A stretch of DNA of 64,000 nt from positions 20,631 to 84,630 of IMG/VR virus record IMGVR_UViG_3300035564_000075; one strand, 5' to 3'. Under the pieces are notes generated by a model. The model was not told where the DNA came from, did not search any database, and saw only the letters and a list, made by a program, of their open reading frames with translations. The DNA comes from a virus. Made by a program: the position numbers and the translations under genes. Positions 19,321 through 28,327 of this stretch are shown piece after piece. Each line of letters starts with the position of its first letter. Within the stretch, counting starts at the first letter, position 1.

Positions 19321-20430
19321 GTGCGTCTTCATATTATAGGTATGCCACATTCGATAACTACAGAGGCATTCCAGACCTGCGCTTTCACGCAAAAGGTCTG
19401 GAAGTTCTGTAAGATGATGCCCAAGTATGGTTGGGAAATCGTGCACTATGGGGTAGAGGGTGCAGATGTTCCTACTAGGAAAATAGACTTGGCGACTAGA
19501 GCAGAATGGGATGCGGCCTATGGAGATAGAGATCCCTCAGAATTCTATAATAAATCTCCGAACGATTTTGTGGTAGAATTCAATAGGCGCGCAGTAGAAA
19601 GTGTAATGCAGAACTCTGCAGAAGATGATGCAATCTTGTTCCCTTATGGACAACAGGCCATAGCGGAAAGACTGACCAACAGAAGGTTGCAGGTAGAGTC
19701 TGGAATAGGCTATGAGGCTGTATTTGCACGCTACAAGATATTTGAGAGTCGTGCATGGGCAAACAGGATCTATGGAGAACTTGGAGTAGAGGATGTACCT
19801 CACTTCGATGGTATAATACCTAACTACTTCGATCCAGAGAAGTTGCCGCTGGTCACAAAGAAGGATGACTACTTCCTATATATGGGGCGTTTGATACCGA
19901 GAAAGGGAGTGGCGATAGCAGCAGAAGTGTGCAGGATTCTCGGTAAAAAACTGGTTGTAGCTGGACAGGGCTCTTTGAGAACTGCACATATAACAGATGC
20001 TAACGTGGAGTTCCTAGGACCAGTAAATGATCCCATACAGAAAGCAGAACTTATAGGTCGTGCGGCAGCAGTATTCTGCCCAACGCAATACTTCGAACCT
20101 TTTGGTGGTGTTGCGGTTGAAGCTATGATGACTGGTACTCCGGTAATATCATCCGATCATGGTGCCTTTCCCGAGACAATCGTACAGGGAATTACCGGAT
20201 GGAGATGCCAAGTATATGATGATTACATTCAGGCCGCACAAAGATTAGATGTCTTCGACCCAATGAGAATTCATCGCTATGCAGTAAACAATTTCTCCAT
20301 GGATCGTATATCAAAACTATATGACCTTTACTTCAGGCGATTGCAACTTGCAAACCAACCTGATGGATGGCTCAAACCAAATGAAGCTAATACTGAAGAA
20401 GCATATTGGCATGAGACCATACCAGCTTAG
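19321..20430 (+). CDS. Glycosyltransferase, GT-B fold family 4
   Basis: YMGRLIPRKG and EPFGGVAVEAMMTGTPVI (ExF..E) GT4 motifs. Confidence 0.9.
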   Translation: MRLHIIGMPHSITTEAFQTCAFTQKVWKFCKMMPKYGWEIVHYGVEGADVPTRKIDLATRAEWDAAYGDRDPSEFYNKSPNDFVVEFNRRAVESVMQNSAEDDAILFPYGQQAIAERLTNRRLQVESGIGYEAVFARYKIFESRAWANRIYGELGVEDVPHFDGIIPNYFDPEKLPLVTKKDDYFLYMGRLIPRKGVAIAAEVCRILGKKLVVAGQGSLRTAHITDANVEFLGPVNDPIQKAELIGRAAAVFCPTQYFEPFGGVAVEAMMTGTPVISSDHGAFPETIVQGITGWRCQVYDDYIQAAQRLDVFDPMRIHRYAVNNFSMDRISKLYDLYFRRLQLANQPDGWLKPNEANTEEAYWHETIPA

Positions 20431-20446
20431 ATCCAGGAGATAATTT

Positions 20447-20926
20447 ATGGCACCAGCTAAAATTCTAAATAACGCGCTTGAGAAGGCGCAATCAGAAATC
20501 AACCCTTATGTTGCAGCAACCCTTGCCACCATCACAGAACGTCTAAATGAAAGTACCAAGGCTCTTGAGCACGTAAGTCTAACCGTCTTTGGAAATGGAA
20601 AGACAGGTATCAAGGATATAACAGAACAGAATACCAGGGACATCGATCAGATCATCAAGACTCTTCAGCAGATGAACGAACAACGTTCAGAAGAGCTAAA
20701 GGTACGCCAGCACGAGGCCGACTTGCGTGAGCAAGAGAGGCTTACCAGAGAAGATGAAAGGGCGGATCGTCAAAAGGACATTCGTAACTGGTGGATTGGT
20801 GTAGGAATAGCTATTGTGACAGGTTTATTTACTATCATTGCAACAGTAGTTGGGAACATAGACGTTACAAAGTTGATTGATGCAACTCATCACATCGCAA
20901 CACTGACTCCAACAATAATTCACTAA
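20447..20926 (+). CDS. Holin-like/XhlA-like protein (coiled coil plus one C-terminal TM helix)
   Basis: VFGNGKTGI motif, charged coiled coil and TM segment WWIGVGIAIVTGLFTIIATVV; last gene of the late operon. Confidence 0.5.
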   Translation: MAPAKILNNALEKAQSEINPYVAATLATITERLNESTKALEHVSLTVFGNGKTGIKDITEQNTRDIDQIIKTLQQMNEQRSEELKVRQHEADLREQERLTREDERADRQKDIRNWWIGVGIAIVTGLFTIIATVVGNIDVTKLIDATHHIATLTPTIIH

Positions 20927-20960
20927 AAAAGAAGCCCCACGATTTCTCGTGGGGCTCTTC
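20925..20960. terminator. Intrinsic terminator between convergent operons
   Basis: Perfect 10-bp stem AGCCCCACGA/TCGTGGGGCT (20933-20956); the A-run on the left gives a U-tract for the - strand. Confidence 0.85.
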
Positions 20961-20971
20961 ATTACAGTAGG

Positions 20972-21352
20972 TTATTGGTTTCTAGGATCGTCCAGATTGG
21001 TATTCAGCTTACGGTAGCCAGTACCGACGCTTACTGCACCAATTGCAGTGATCAGTTCAATAAGCATATCCTGCGTGATTGGGAAGTTTGGTGCATAAGC
21101 ATGCACGAATACAAATGCCAAGCTCACTAGCAAGATATAGAACCTAGGCGCAGATAGAATGTCTATATAGGACGGAACATTGCCCACGGATGCGCTTGCG
21201 ATAAAGGCAATCAATGCCACAACTGCGGCAATGACATCACCCTGGCTGAATGGCAACACCGGAAAGAATGCTTTGATTCCAATGAATACCATTGCCAGCG
21301 CAAGTGCAATGACACGTGGGGAAGTAAGGATAGCGTACAATTTTTGGTTCAT
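20972..21352 (-). CDS. Four-TM membrane protein with internal duplication (holin/antiholin or exclusion candidate)
   Basis: Two similar halves: ILTSPR..LAMVFI..FPVLPFSQ and ILSAPR..LAFVFV..APNFPITQ. Confidence 0.7.
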   Translation of the reverse strand: MNQKLYAILTSPRVIALALAMVFIGIKAFFPVLPFSQGDVIAAVVALIAFIASASVGNVPSYIDILSAPRFYILLVSLAFVFVHAYAPNFPITQDMLIELITAIGAVSVGTGYRKLNTNLDDPRNQ

Positions 21353-21393
21353 AAGAGTCTCCTAATAGGAATGTTGGAACATCGCGATACTAT

Positions 21394-21423
21394 ATTATAC
21401 TACCTTTCTAGCAGGTGTGTCAA
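21394..21423 (-). promoter_or_regulatory. Consensus sigma70 promoter TTGACA-18-TATAAT
   Basis: + strand tgtcaa at 21418-21423 and attata at 21394-21399, upstream of the 21352 ATG. Confidence 0.75.
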
Positions 21424-21652
21424 AGTGCTCCATGCACTGGACGCAGATTGCAGCAATCTTCCGGATATTCTCCAGTGCTTCCGTGTCGCTATTGGTATTG
21501 GTCCAACGCTCAACGGCTCGGTTGAAGTAAGATTGAATCATAATCATGTACTCACCAACGACATGATTCCTATAATCTGTGCGAGAGGGCGGTAAATGAT
21601 CCTGGTAGTCTCTCTCTCCATCAATCAGTTTATAAACCTCAGTTCGTTCCAT
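21395..21652 (-). CDS. Small all-alpha protein, MazG-like NTP pyrophosphatase candidate
   Basis: IDGERDYQD...ENIRKIAAICVQCME pattern typical of phage MazG-like proteins. Confidence 0.45.
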   Translation of the reverse strand: MERTEVYKLIDGERDYQDHLPPSRTDYRNHVVGEYMIMIQSYFNRAVERWTNTNSDTEALENIRKIAAICVQCMEHFDTPARKVV

Positions 21653-21968
21653 TTTTGCTCTCCTGCGGCTCGTTCAGAGCCGCTCTCAATATGATTAGGT
21701 AGTTGATGGCATCGAGGATGGTATCCTCAATAGTCTCATCTTTTACGTGCACTTCACCAGACTGTATAATCTTTCCAATACGCGCAATCTTGTCTGCCAA
21801 TCTTGTCAATATGCCTACCTCCATAGGAATGCCGAGTTGTTCTACCAATCTGAAGTTGCGTAGTGCATCTTCATCAGCACCATAGTCGGCGTTCTTTGCT
21901 TTGATAATTTCCAGTGCCTTGCTAGTCATAATCCCATGTATCTGAAATAGTTGTTCTGGCTTTATCAT
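21639..21968 (-). CDS. DUF1599-like nucleotide-modification-associated protein
   Basis: KNADYG..NF..RLADKIARI..DETIEDTILDAINY signature. Confidence 0.8.
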   Translation of the reverse strand: MIKPEQLFQIHGIMTSKALEIIKAKNADYGADEDALRNFRLVEQLGIPMEVGILTRLADKIARIGKIIQSGEVHVKDETIEDTILDAINYLIILRAALNEPQESKNGTN

Positions 21969-21970
21969 AT

Positions 21971-22243
21971 CTAATCTCCTACATCCAGCATGGATGCAAA
22001 ATATATCTTGGCTTCGAACCCCAGTCGCCCTAGGGTTTCCGACAGTTCAATTGCCTTTTTCAGATCAAAACGAACTGCCTGTTTGATATTGCTTGTCAAT
22101 TCGGGAGTGTTGTCCTGGATCTCAAGAAGAAACCCAGGACCACTCTCGATAAAGTAAGTAGGAATCTCCACTAGTTCCTCAACAGTACTTCCTTCTTCTC
22201 TTTCTCTAGGTTGCCAACACGTGCTCTGGTGTAGGCACCACAA
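21971..22243 (-). CDS. Hypothetical protein (true start probably near 22183)
   Basis: ORF fills the gap between neighbouring - strand genes. Confidence 0.45.
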   Translation of the reverse strand: MWCLHQSTCWQPREREEGSTVEELVEIPTYFIESGPGFLLEIQDNTPELTSNIKQAVRFDLKKAIELSETLGRLGFEAKIYFASMLDVGD

Positions 22244-23109
22244 TTACCACAATGGTATGAATCGAAACGGTTTGCAGGAGTGTAATAGTATCCATCGGCA
22301 GTGACGTTTGCAGAACCACAGTTATTGCACACTGGAATAATCTCATCAGTGTACAGTCCAAGGTTCGGATGACCTTTCATCCATGGTCGTATGGTCAGAT
22401 AGATCTCTTCCAGCAACGTGACATCATACTTATTGTACTTCAGCATTTCATCTAGTGCAGCTTTGTCACCATTGTCACAGCGTTTCCAAAGATCAAAGTC
22501 GGTTTTGATTTTATGGTCACTCAATAGCATCATGGCAAGGAATTCCTGCTTGTTGCTATCGAAGCCAAAGAGTTTCTTGGCAGTGTCCAGCGTATCTATT
22601 ACCTGCGATGGCTTAGGTGGATTGAAGCCATGCACTAGGAAGCGTGAGTTCATCTTCTTGATGTCAAAGCCATTGATATTGTGCCCAATGACTATATCGG
22701 AACCATTCATAATCTCCCAAAGACTCTGTGATATTCTGCCATCATCTCTTTCGATGGCTTCTTCTGGAGTCATTATATCGCTCTTCATCTTGGAACTAAA
22801 CAGTGTTTTGGCAGACCATGAGAGCATGGCAGTGGGCTCAATGATCTGTCCCACGCTCATGTTTATGTCCCATGGAGTCCAGACATAGCCAATGATGGGC
22901 AATGTTTCAATGTCCAGCAAGGTGATTATGGGGAACCTGCGTTCATCTACAAACTTATCTTGGTGTTTAGCATACTCTCTTCTAAATGCACTTCGTAGTT
23001 CTTCTGGTGTCATGCCGTACTTCTGTGCTAGCTCAGGCCAGAACGGTCTTCCGTCCTGTAGAGCCATCTGCTTTCGTGCTAGGCAATCCTTGAAGATGTT
23101 TGAATTCAT
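22171..23109 (-). CDS. RNase H-like (DEDD) 3'-5' exonuclease with C-terminal zinc ribbon
   Basis: LDIET, GHNINGFD, IDTL and YNKYDV exonuclease motifs; CNNCGS..CGNCG ribbon; start moved to MNSNIF, which has a GGAG RBS. Confidence 0.85.
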   Translation of the reverse strand: MNSNIFKDCLARKQMALQDGRPFWPELAQKYGMTPEELRSAFRREYAKHQDKFVDERRFPIITLLDIETLPIIGYVWTPWDINMSVGQIIEPTAMLSWSAKTLFSSKMKSDIMTPEEAIERDDGRISQSLWEIMNGSDIVIGHNINGFDIKKMNSRFLVHGFNPPKPSQVIDTLDTAKKLFGFDSNKQEFLAMMLLSDHKIKTDFDLWKRCDNGDKAALDEMLKYNKYDVTLLEEIYLTIRPWMKGHPNLGLYTDEIIPVCNNCGSANVTADGYYYTPANRFDSYHCGNCGAYTRARVGNLEKEKKEVLLRN

Positions 23110-23117
23110 GTTTTCTC

Positions 23118-23516
23118 CTAACCAGCTTGTATGTTTAGTAGATAAGCAAAACGGGGATCGTGTACGATAGGATCTTCGTACCACGTGCCCCATACCAAGA
23201 TAGCTGGTTTGCTTGGTAGATGCTCAATAATCTCTAGCTGTGATATACTCTGCAATCTGATTATGTCTTCATCTACCGACTTGTGCAGGGCGCTAGCTAT
23301 CTCTTGGAACTCTTCATATGTACCAGTAACAACAAACAGCATGTCCCTATGCATCCATAGGTTGCCAGGGACCCAACTGAACATACTACCATCCTTCTTA
23401 TTCAGGTCAGCGACCAGTGATTCCCATGCATCACACTTGGGATCTGCACAGTGCCTTACTTGCCTGTCAAACACTGAATAGACCAGTCTCCAGTCATGTT
23501 CATGCATACTCTGCAA
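23118..23516 (-). CDS. Hypothetical protein
   Basis: 132-aa ORF in operon, N-terminal HxH..C..C. Confidence 0.55.
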   Translation of the reverse strand: MQSMHEHDWRLVYSVFDRQVRHCADPKCDAWESLVADLNKKDGSMFSWVPGNLWMHRDMLFVVTGTYEEFQEIASALHKSVDEDIIRLQSISQLEIIEHLPSKPAILVWGTWYEDPIVHDPRFAYLLNIQAG

Positions 23517-23892
23517 GCCTCTCTCTTATTGCCTTGGTATCAGCCTTAGACAATGTTCTCGAAGCTGGATGCGGTGCAGCTATGTATGGATATGGTATTT
23601 GATCTAGCCCCGATTGTGCTACCTTGCCACACGCAAGCACCACACTGGGCTTGTGACTGACGATTTCCTTCAGCATAAACACTGGTTCTGGTGGAAACTT
23701 GTCATTGGGATGTGTGCCTACCTGAGTAGTAGATTCTGTAATGTAGACCTCTGCACCATCTGGTATCATTTCCTTCAGTCGTCTACCAGTTACAGAGCGC
23801 CACAACAGTCTCTCCCACACTCTCCTGTTGGTTATCCTATACGGATCTATCCCATTAGGAATGTAGGCATTTTGTAGGAAGATAAGTATCAT
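23500..23892 (-). CDS. Minimal uracil-DNA-glycosylase-fold protein
   Basis: SVTGRRL, PSVVLACGKVA and PHPAS motifs of the UDG superfamily; only 130 aa. Confidence 0.65.
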   Translation of the reverse strand: MILIFLQNAYIPNGIDPYRITNRRVWERLLWRSVTGRRLKEMIPDGAEVYITESTTQVGTHPNDKFPPEPVFMLKEIVSHKPSVVLACGKVAQSGLDQIPYPYIAAPHPASRTLSKADTKAIRERLAEYA

Positions 23893-24692
23893 CGTTCCAT
23901 CTCTTTTCGTAATGCATCCTTGATATAGAAAAGCTTTGTATCTCCCCTTGCCTGTTTACCATCATCAGGATTCATTATACGGCTGTAACCAAGACCCTCA
24001 AGTTTCTTGATTGCATCATTGCCAAATTTTTTCCAGTCTATGGTTCTTTCTATATCAGGATTGTGATTCAGTTTTCCTACCTTGAAATGATCTACCCATG
24101 GTGCTGTCAGTTCTATCATGTAGAGTGTCTGATTAGGGTCTATGACTGGTTCCATAGATACCCATGTAGGAATACCCTTGTCATGGAATGCTTTGAGTGT
24201 GTCAAAGCGTTCTTGTGGAGAGGCGGCATTGGGTTCCCAACGTTGCGAATCCTTATCAGTAGCGAATACCAGTGTGATTGCATAGGCATCTTTGGGTCCA
24301 AACATATCCAGATCCTTTAGTGCTCTCTTGCCGCCCTTACTTAGGATGGCTACAGAGAAGCCATGCTCATGCAATATCCTGATTGTATCATGTGTGTACT
24401 GGTAAGCATCTTCTAGTGCCTGATAGGGATCGGTGGTGAAGCATAGATGCACCTGTCCTGTCTTACCAACGCTTTGCAAATAGGCAGCTTCTTTCTCCAG
24501 CTTGCCTAGGAAGTCAAAGTTGCGCGGTCCGGCATGGGAGAATGCAGTCTTCCTATCTGGTTGTCCCCTCATTACTACATCGGGTCCAAAACAGTATAGG
24601 CAACCATGCAAACAACCACGGTAGATATTACATGCTAGTGCAGCATATTCTCTTGCAGCCCCCCTGGGCTCATACAGCAACGTCGTTTCCAT
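23889..24692 (-). CDS. Radical SAM protein (SPL/Rv2578c-like DNA-repair type)
   Basis: NIYRGCLHGCLYC (CxxxCxxC), TDPYQ, WEPNAAS..ER and SMEPVID motifs. Confidence 0.9.
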   Translation of the reverse strand: METTLLYEPRGAAREYAALACNIYRGCLHGCLYCFGPDVVMRGQPDRKTAFSHAGPRNFDFLGKLEKEAAYLQSVGKTGQVHLCFTTDPYQALEDAYQYTHDTIRILHEHGFSVAILSKGGKRALKDLDMFGPKDAYAITLVFATDKDSQRWEPNAASPQERFDTLKAFHDKGIPTWVSMEPVIDPNQTLYMIELTAPWVDHFKVGKLNHNPDIERTIDWKKFGNDAIKKLEGLGYSRIMNPDDGKQARGDTKLFYIKDALRKEMER

Positions 24693-24871
24693 CTTGTACT
24701 CCTTGAATTCTAGGTTGGCGGTAAATTACTTCCCACAACCATTCATGCTTCTTTCCATTCAACTGCAGACCATATTTCTCTTTGATATAGTTATCTATAC
24801 CTTCTGCTGTTGTTGATTCTGGAAACCATATAGATGGCATTTCTGCGTGTGTGGTGATCTTTATACGCATA

Positions 24872-25222
24872 TTACCTCGGGAAGGTCTGTAGGGCGCTCC
24901 AGTGGTCGTTCTGCAGCGGATACCAGTCATCTGTGAAGAACATGGTCATAATTATCTCTACTGCACCCTCTCTGGTCAAGTTGACAGCACGATCGATGTC
25001 AGTCTTGCCATCCTGTAAAGCCTTCTGTCTACACTTCAGAATGAAACCATCAGCAATGACATCCATTGTAGCTCTTGTTTCTGGCGTTAGCGTATTATAG
25101 GTATCCATAATCGCCTTTCGCCTCGCTTGCTGATACAGGCTGGAGCTATACTCCATTTCAAGGATTGCATTGTGCGCATGAGTGAATGTCTTGCCACGGT
25201 GAGCAGCATCTTTAGATCCCAT
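24872..25222 (-). CDS. Hypothetical protein
   Basis: 116-aa ORF with GGAG RBS. Confidence 0.55.
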   Translation of the reverse strand: MGSKDAAHRGKTFTHAHNAILEMEYSSSLYQQARRKAIMDTYNTLTPETRATMDVIADGFILKCRQKALQDGKTDIDRAVNLTREGAVEIIMTMFFTDDWYPLQNDHWSALQTFPR

Positions 25223-25269
25223 TTTGTCTCCATAGTAGGGGCTGGCCTTTCGACCAGCCCCATTTTGAA

Positions 25270-26043
25270 TTAGCTTGCACCATCAACAATGTGATACCAG
25301 CCACGGATAAATTTCTTCACTTCCTCATGGTTTTCGAGCATGTACTTGGGAGCAAACTCATCGCCCATGGCGGTCTTGATTTGCTCGGGAGTAAACTCAC
25401 CCTCCAGTTCCTTGACAAGGCGCATCTTACCTTCATGCAAAGAAGGATCTGTAGCAGGTGCCTTAGCTTGAGCAGGCTTCTGTGTAGCTTCTGCTTTCTT
25501 AGCAGGCTCTGCCTTAGTAGCAGGTACAACGGCGGGACCCTCATCGGTTACTTCCTCTCCAGGAGTAGGTTCGTAACCTGCCAGTTGCATAATCCAAGAG
25601 AAACCCAGTCGGAATGCTTTGCCAGTAGCTCGGGTGATTGCCATGGAACGCACTGCATAATCGGCAGCACTTGCCCAATGACTTTCCTTGCGAGTGCAGA
25701 TAGCAGATGAACCACCTATCTTCATGCCATCGCTTGCGCGAATAAGATCCACATAGGCTTCCCAACCACCCTCTATGGGGAGTACACGGTTCTCTACTGG
25801 CAAGATGCCCAACATAGCACCCAGTGTATTCCAGCCTTCCACGAATACATACTTCTTTTCCTTGATTTGCTTGAACAGCTTCTTGGTGTCAATGATCTTA
25901 CCCAACTCGGTTGCTATTGCACTAGCACGTGCTACAATCTCCTGCGGCTTGGTAGGAATAGCACCCAACATAACATCATCATGTACCAAAACAATCTCAC
26001 CCTCAACGTGCTCAACAGGGGTACCAGTCTCAGCAATACTCAT
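25270..26043 (-). CDS. Putative single-strand annealing/recombination protein
   Basis: KKYVFVEGW..SMAITRATGKAFR..YEPTPGEEV core followed by an Ala/Pro/Lys linker, typical of phage annealing proteins; located in the replication cluster. Confidence 0.55.
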   Translation of the reverse strand: MSIAETGTPVEHVEGEIVLVHDDVMLGAIPTKPQEIVARASAIATELGKIIDTKKLFKQIKEKKYVFVEGWNTLGAMLGILPVENRVLPIEGGWEAYVDLIRASDGMKIGGSSAICTRKESHWASAADYAVRSMAITRATGKAFRLGFSWIMQLAGYEPTPGEEVTDEGPAVVPATKAEPAKKAEATQKPAQAKAPATDPSLHEGKMRLVKELEGEFTPEQIKTAMGDEFAPKYMLENHEEVKKFIRGWYHIVDGAS

Positions 26044-26044
26044 T

Positions 26045-26494
26045 TTATATCTCCTTTAGGCCAAGGGCCTCGAATCTCTGAAGTGCTTCTTTGCCAACTG
26101 TAGGCCAGATAGCAGACATCCTTTGCAACCAATTGTGTACAGGTTCATACCTTTCCCATCCGACTAAATATGTTGCGGCTTGCCTAAAGGCTTCATCCCC
26201 ACCAATGCCACCAGTATGTTTGCATGTCAGTGTATTGTGATGCCTTATCACGCAATTATATCTGGAGTTTATCAAGTCACCATCACGTAGCCCTCTTACA
26301 TGCCCCTTACTGATAAGAGCTTCATGCATATCTGCATCAGCCATAAGAACTGGCATTCCACAGAATGGACACAGTGGTGCAAATGCACGCACTTCTGGTT
26401 TATAGACAGAGCGAGTGCCGTATATGTCACTCTTTAAGAGTTGTCGAGAGTTCACGGATAAGCCCATCAGACTTGCCTCCTTGGATCTGGTCAA
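26045..26494 (-). CDS. HNH-like zinc-binding protein
   Basis: CPFCG..DMHE..NCV..HH..CKH pattern. Confidence 0.45.
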   Translation of the reverse strand: MTRSKEASLMGLSVNSRQLLKSDIYGTRSVYKPEVRAFAPLCPFCGMPVLMADADMHEALISKGHVRGLRDGDLINSRYNCVIRHHNTLTCKHTGGIGGDEAFRQAATYLVGWERYEPVHNWLQRMSAIWPTVGKEALQRFEALGLKEI

Positions 26495-26753
26495 TTATCA
26501 CACTAACCTGCTTTTTTGTCAACTGTTTTGAGCTACCAATATCCTTGCCAGATAGCACTCTCAGGATACCTATTCTCAGATAACGCATAGTCTTGGTCTT
26601 GTTCTTCGCAAGCACCAGCATAGGAGCAAGCGCATCACCAATAAGCATGTTCATCAAGAGAAGCTGTTTGTCAGACGGTTCTTGGAATCTGTCATCTCCT
26701 GCTGATAGCCTTCGTATAGCTTCAATCAGTTGCTGAAGTCTCAGGGATCTCAT
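26427..26753 (-). CDS. Hypothetical protein
   Basis: 108-aa ORF with SSKQLTKKQVSVII motif. Confidence 0.5.
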   Translation of the reverse strand: MRSLRLQQLIEAIRRLSAGDDRFQEPSDKQLLLMNMLIGDALAPMLVLAKNKTKTMRYLRIGILRVLSGKDIGSSKQLTKKQVSVIIDQIQGGKSDGLIRELSTTLKE

Positions 26754-26991
26754 AGTCTAGACTCCTTAGTTTGTCTAATCCCTTCTCGGTAAGTCTCCAA
26801 TAACCCTTCTTGTTCTTGGTTATTGGCTCAATAAAACCTTTATTACGCACCAGCACCAGACCTTGCTGGACAGTACCGATAGACTTCCCCAGTCTATCAG
26901 CCATCTGTCTGTAGCTAAGTCCCTCATATAGAGACCACATTAGCTCTTCATCACGCCTTGCATCCTCCTTGATCCTGATTTGAACGGTCAT
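26722..26991 (-). CDS. Winged helix-turn-helix DNA-binding protein
   Basis: LSYRQMADRLGKSIGTVQQGL..KGFIE..WRLTEKG is a wHTH pattern. Confidence 0.85.
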   Translation of the reverse strand: MTVQIRIKEDARRDEELMWSLYEGLSYRQMADRLGKSIGTVQQGLVLVRNKGFIEPITKNKKGYWRLTEKGLDKLRSLDYEIPETSATD

Positions 26992-26999
26992 AGTTTCTC

Positions 27000-27356
27000 C
27001 TACTGCACCTTGCCTCTTCCGAGTAAGGCCAGTTGTTGGATTCTAGTTTCATGGTTGATTACACCTTGCACACGCAGTTCTTCGATCGTGTGCGCCCAGA
27101 CAACTTCTCCAGGCAATACCGATAGCGCAGCACTATACTCGGGGCTATCCAGAGCACCCACTACGCCATACATAGTGAAGAGATTGACACCATTTACCAG
27201 AGTGCGCATCATAACCCAACTGATTTCACTATCTTTAGGAAAGTTTGTTTCTGGCATATGTAGCATTTTACCTGCTTTCTGATGAATCTGCAAGCCCCAG
27301 TCTATGAGCCTGCTGGATATGTTCACAAGTTTCATACCAATAAAAGTCTTGAACAT
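27000..27356 (-). CDS. Hypothetical protein
   Basis: ORF coupled to the upstream gene by TAATG. Confidence 0.5.
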   Translation of the reverse strand: MFKTFIGMKLVNISSRLIDWGLQIHQKAGKMLHMPETNFPKDSEISWVMMRTLVNGVNLFTMYGVVGALDSPEYSAALSVLPGEVVWAHTIEELRVQGVINHETRIQQLALLGRGKVQ

Positions 27357-27925
27357 TATCTGTCCTTGGGAAGGTGCCTAAGCTGTCCCATCGATCGGGC
27401 AATAGCTATCTTTGATTTGAAGAACTCCGTTAGGTTTTCCTCTACGTGTAAGGCTGTTGCAAGTATACCAGCACCATTCACTCTATTGAACTTGAAGTCA
27501 GGATTTACTTGTTTCGCATCTGGATGCTGTGTAGCATTGTAAAGCTGGAATATCTTGGCACGTAGGAATACTTCAGCAGGATCGTTTCTGGTGGAATCTT
27601 CCATCGTGAACATTGGATACACCTGCTGTACATACTGGAACACAGCGCCCATAGGATGGGTTGCAAAGCCAATGGCAGTAATGATTGCCGCCCTTGCATC
27701 ATCCAGATTGTCAGTAGCAGTAAAGGCAAAGGATGCTTTGATTGCACCCTGTGTACCCTTGGGGCGTATCATCCACTTACATGCAAAATTAGGTGGTTGA
27801 GAAAGTTCTACGTGAATCTCAATCTTGTCATACTCCAGCTTGATAAAATCAAGACAGTCCTTTACAACCTGCTCTATCTTATCTTCATAGGGTTTCAAGT
27901 CAATAATCGTTTCACCGTCACTCAT
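27356..27925 (-). CDS. Hypothetical protein
   Basis: 189-aa ORF in operon. Confidence 0.55.
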   Translation of the reverse strand: MSDGETIIDLKPYEDKIEQVVKDCLDFIKLEYDKIEIHVELSQPPNFACKWMIRPKGTQGAIKASFAFTATDNLDDARAAIITAIGFATHPMGAVFQYVQQVYPMFTMEDSTRNDPAEVFLRAKIFQLYNATQHPDAKQVNPDFKFNRVNGAGILATALHVEENLTEFFKSKIAIARSMGQLRHLPKDR

Positions 27926-27926
27926 A

Positions 27927-28319
27927 TTAGCCTCGCTTCATCTTCTTTGTTTGTACTAGATAAATAATCGCTTGTTCAAGTAGTTCAATATCATCATGGA
28001 AATTTCCCAGTCCAACATTGCAGTTGTGACAAAGCAAGCCCCTAATGATTCCATCCTCATGGTTATGATCTACAAATAGATGTTCTCTAGATTCAATTTG
28101 ATGCTCTCCACATATTGCACACCTTCCTTCTTGTTCTTCAAAAAGTCTGTTATATTCTTCTGAAGAAATTCCATATGTACCTTTAAGATACCTTTCTCTA
28201 TTTCTGTCTGGGGTACGAGATTTATTGTTCCATCTCTTGAATCTATCTTTGTTCTCCTTATAATATCTTCTTGCATTTACTCTTCTCTTTGCAAGAACTT
28301 CTTCATGTGTTTGCCTCAT
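27927..28319 (-). CDS. Endonuclease VII-family (His-Me finger) nuclease
   Basis: YGIS.EEY..QEGRCAICG..VDHNH..IRGLLCHNCNVGLG; visibly more AT-rich than its neighbours. Confidence 0.9.
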   Translation of the reverse strand: MRQTHEEVLAKRRVNARRYYKENKDRFKRWNNKSRTPDRNRERYLKGTYGISSEEYNRLFEEQEGRCAICGEHQIESREHLFVDHNHEDGIIRGLLCHNCNVGLGNFHDDIELLEQAIIYLVQTKKMKRG

Positions 28320-28327
28320 AATAACTC

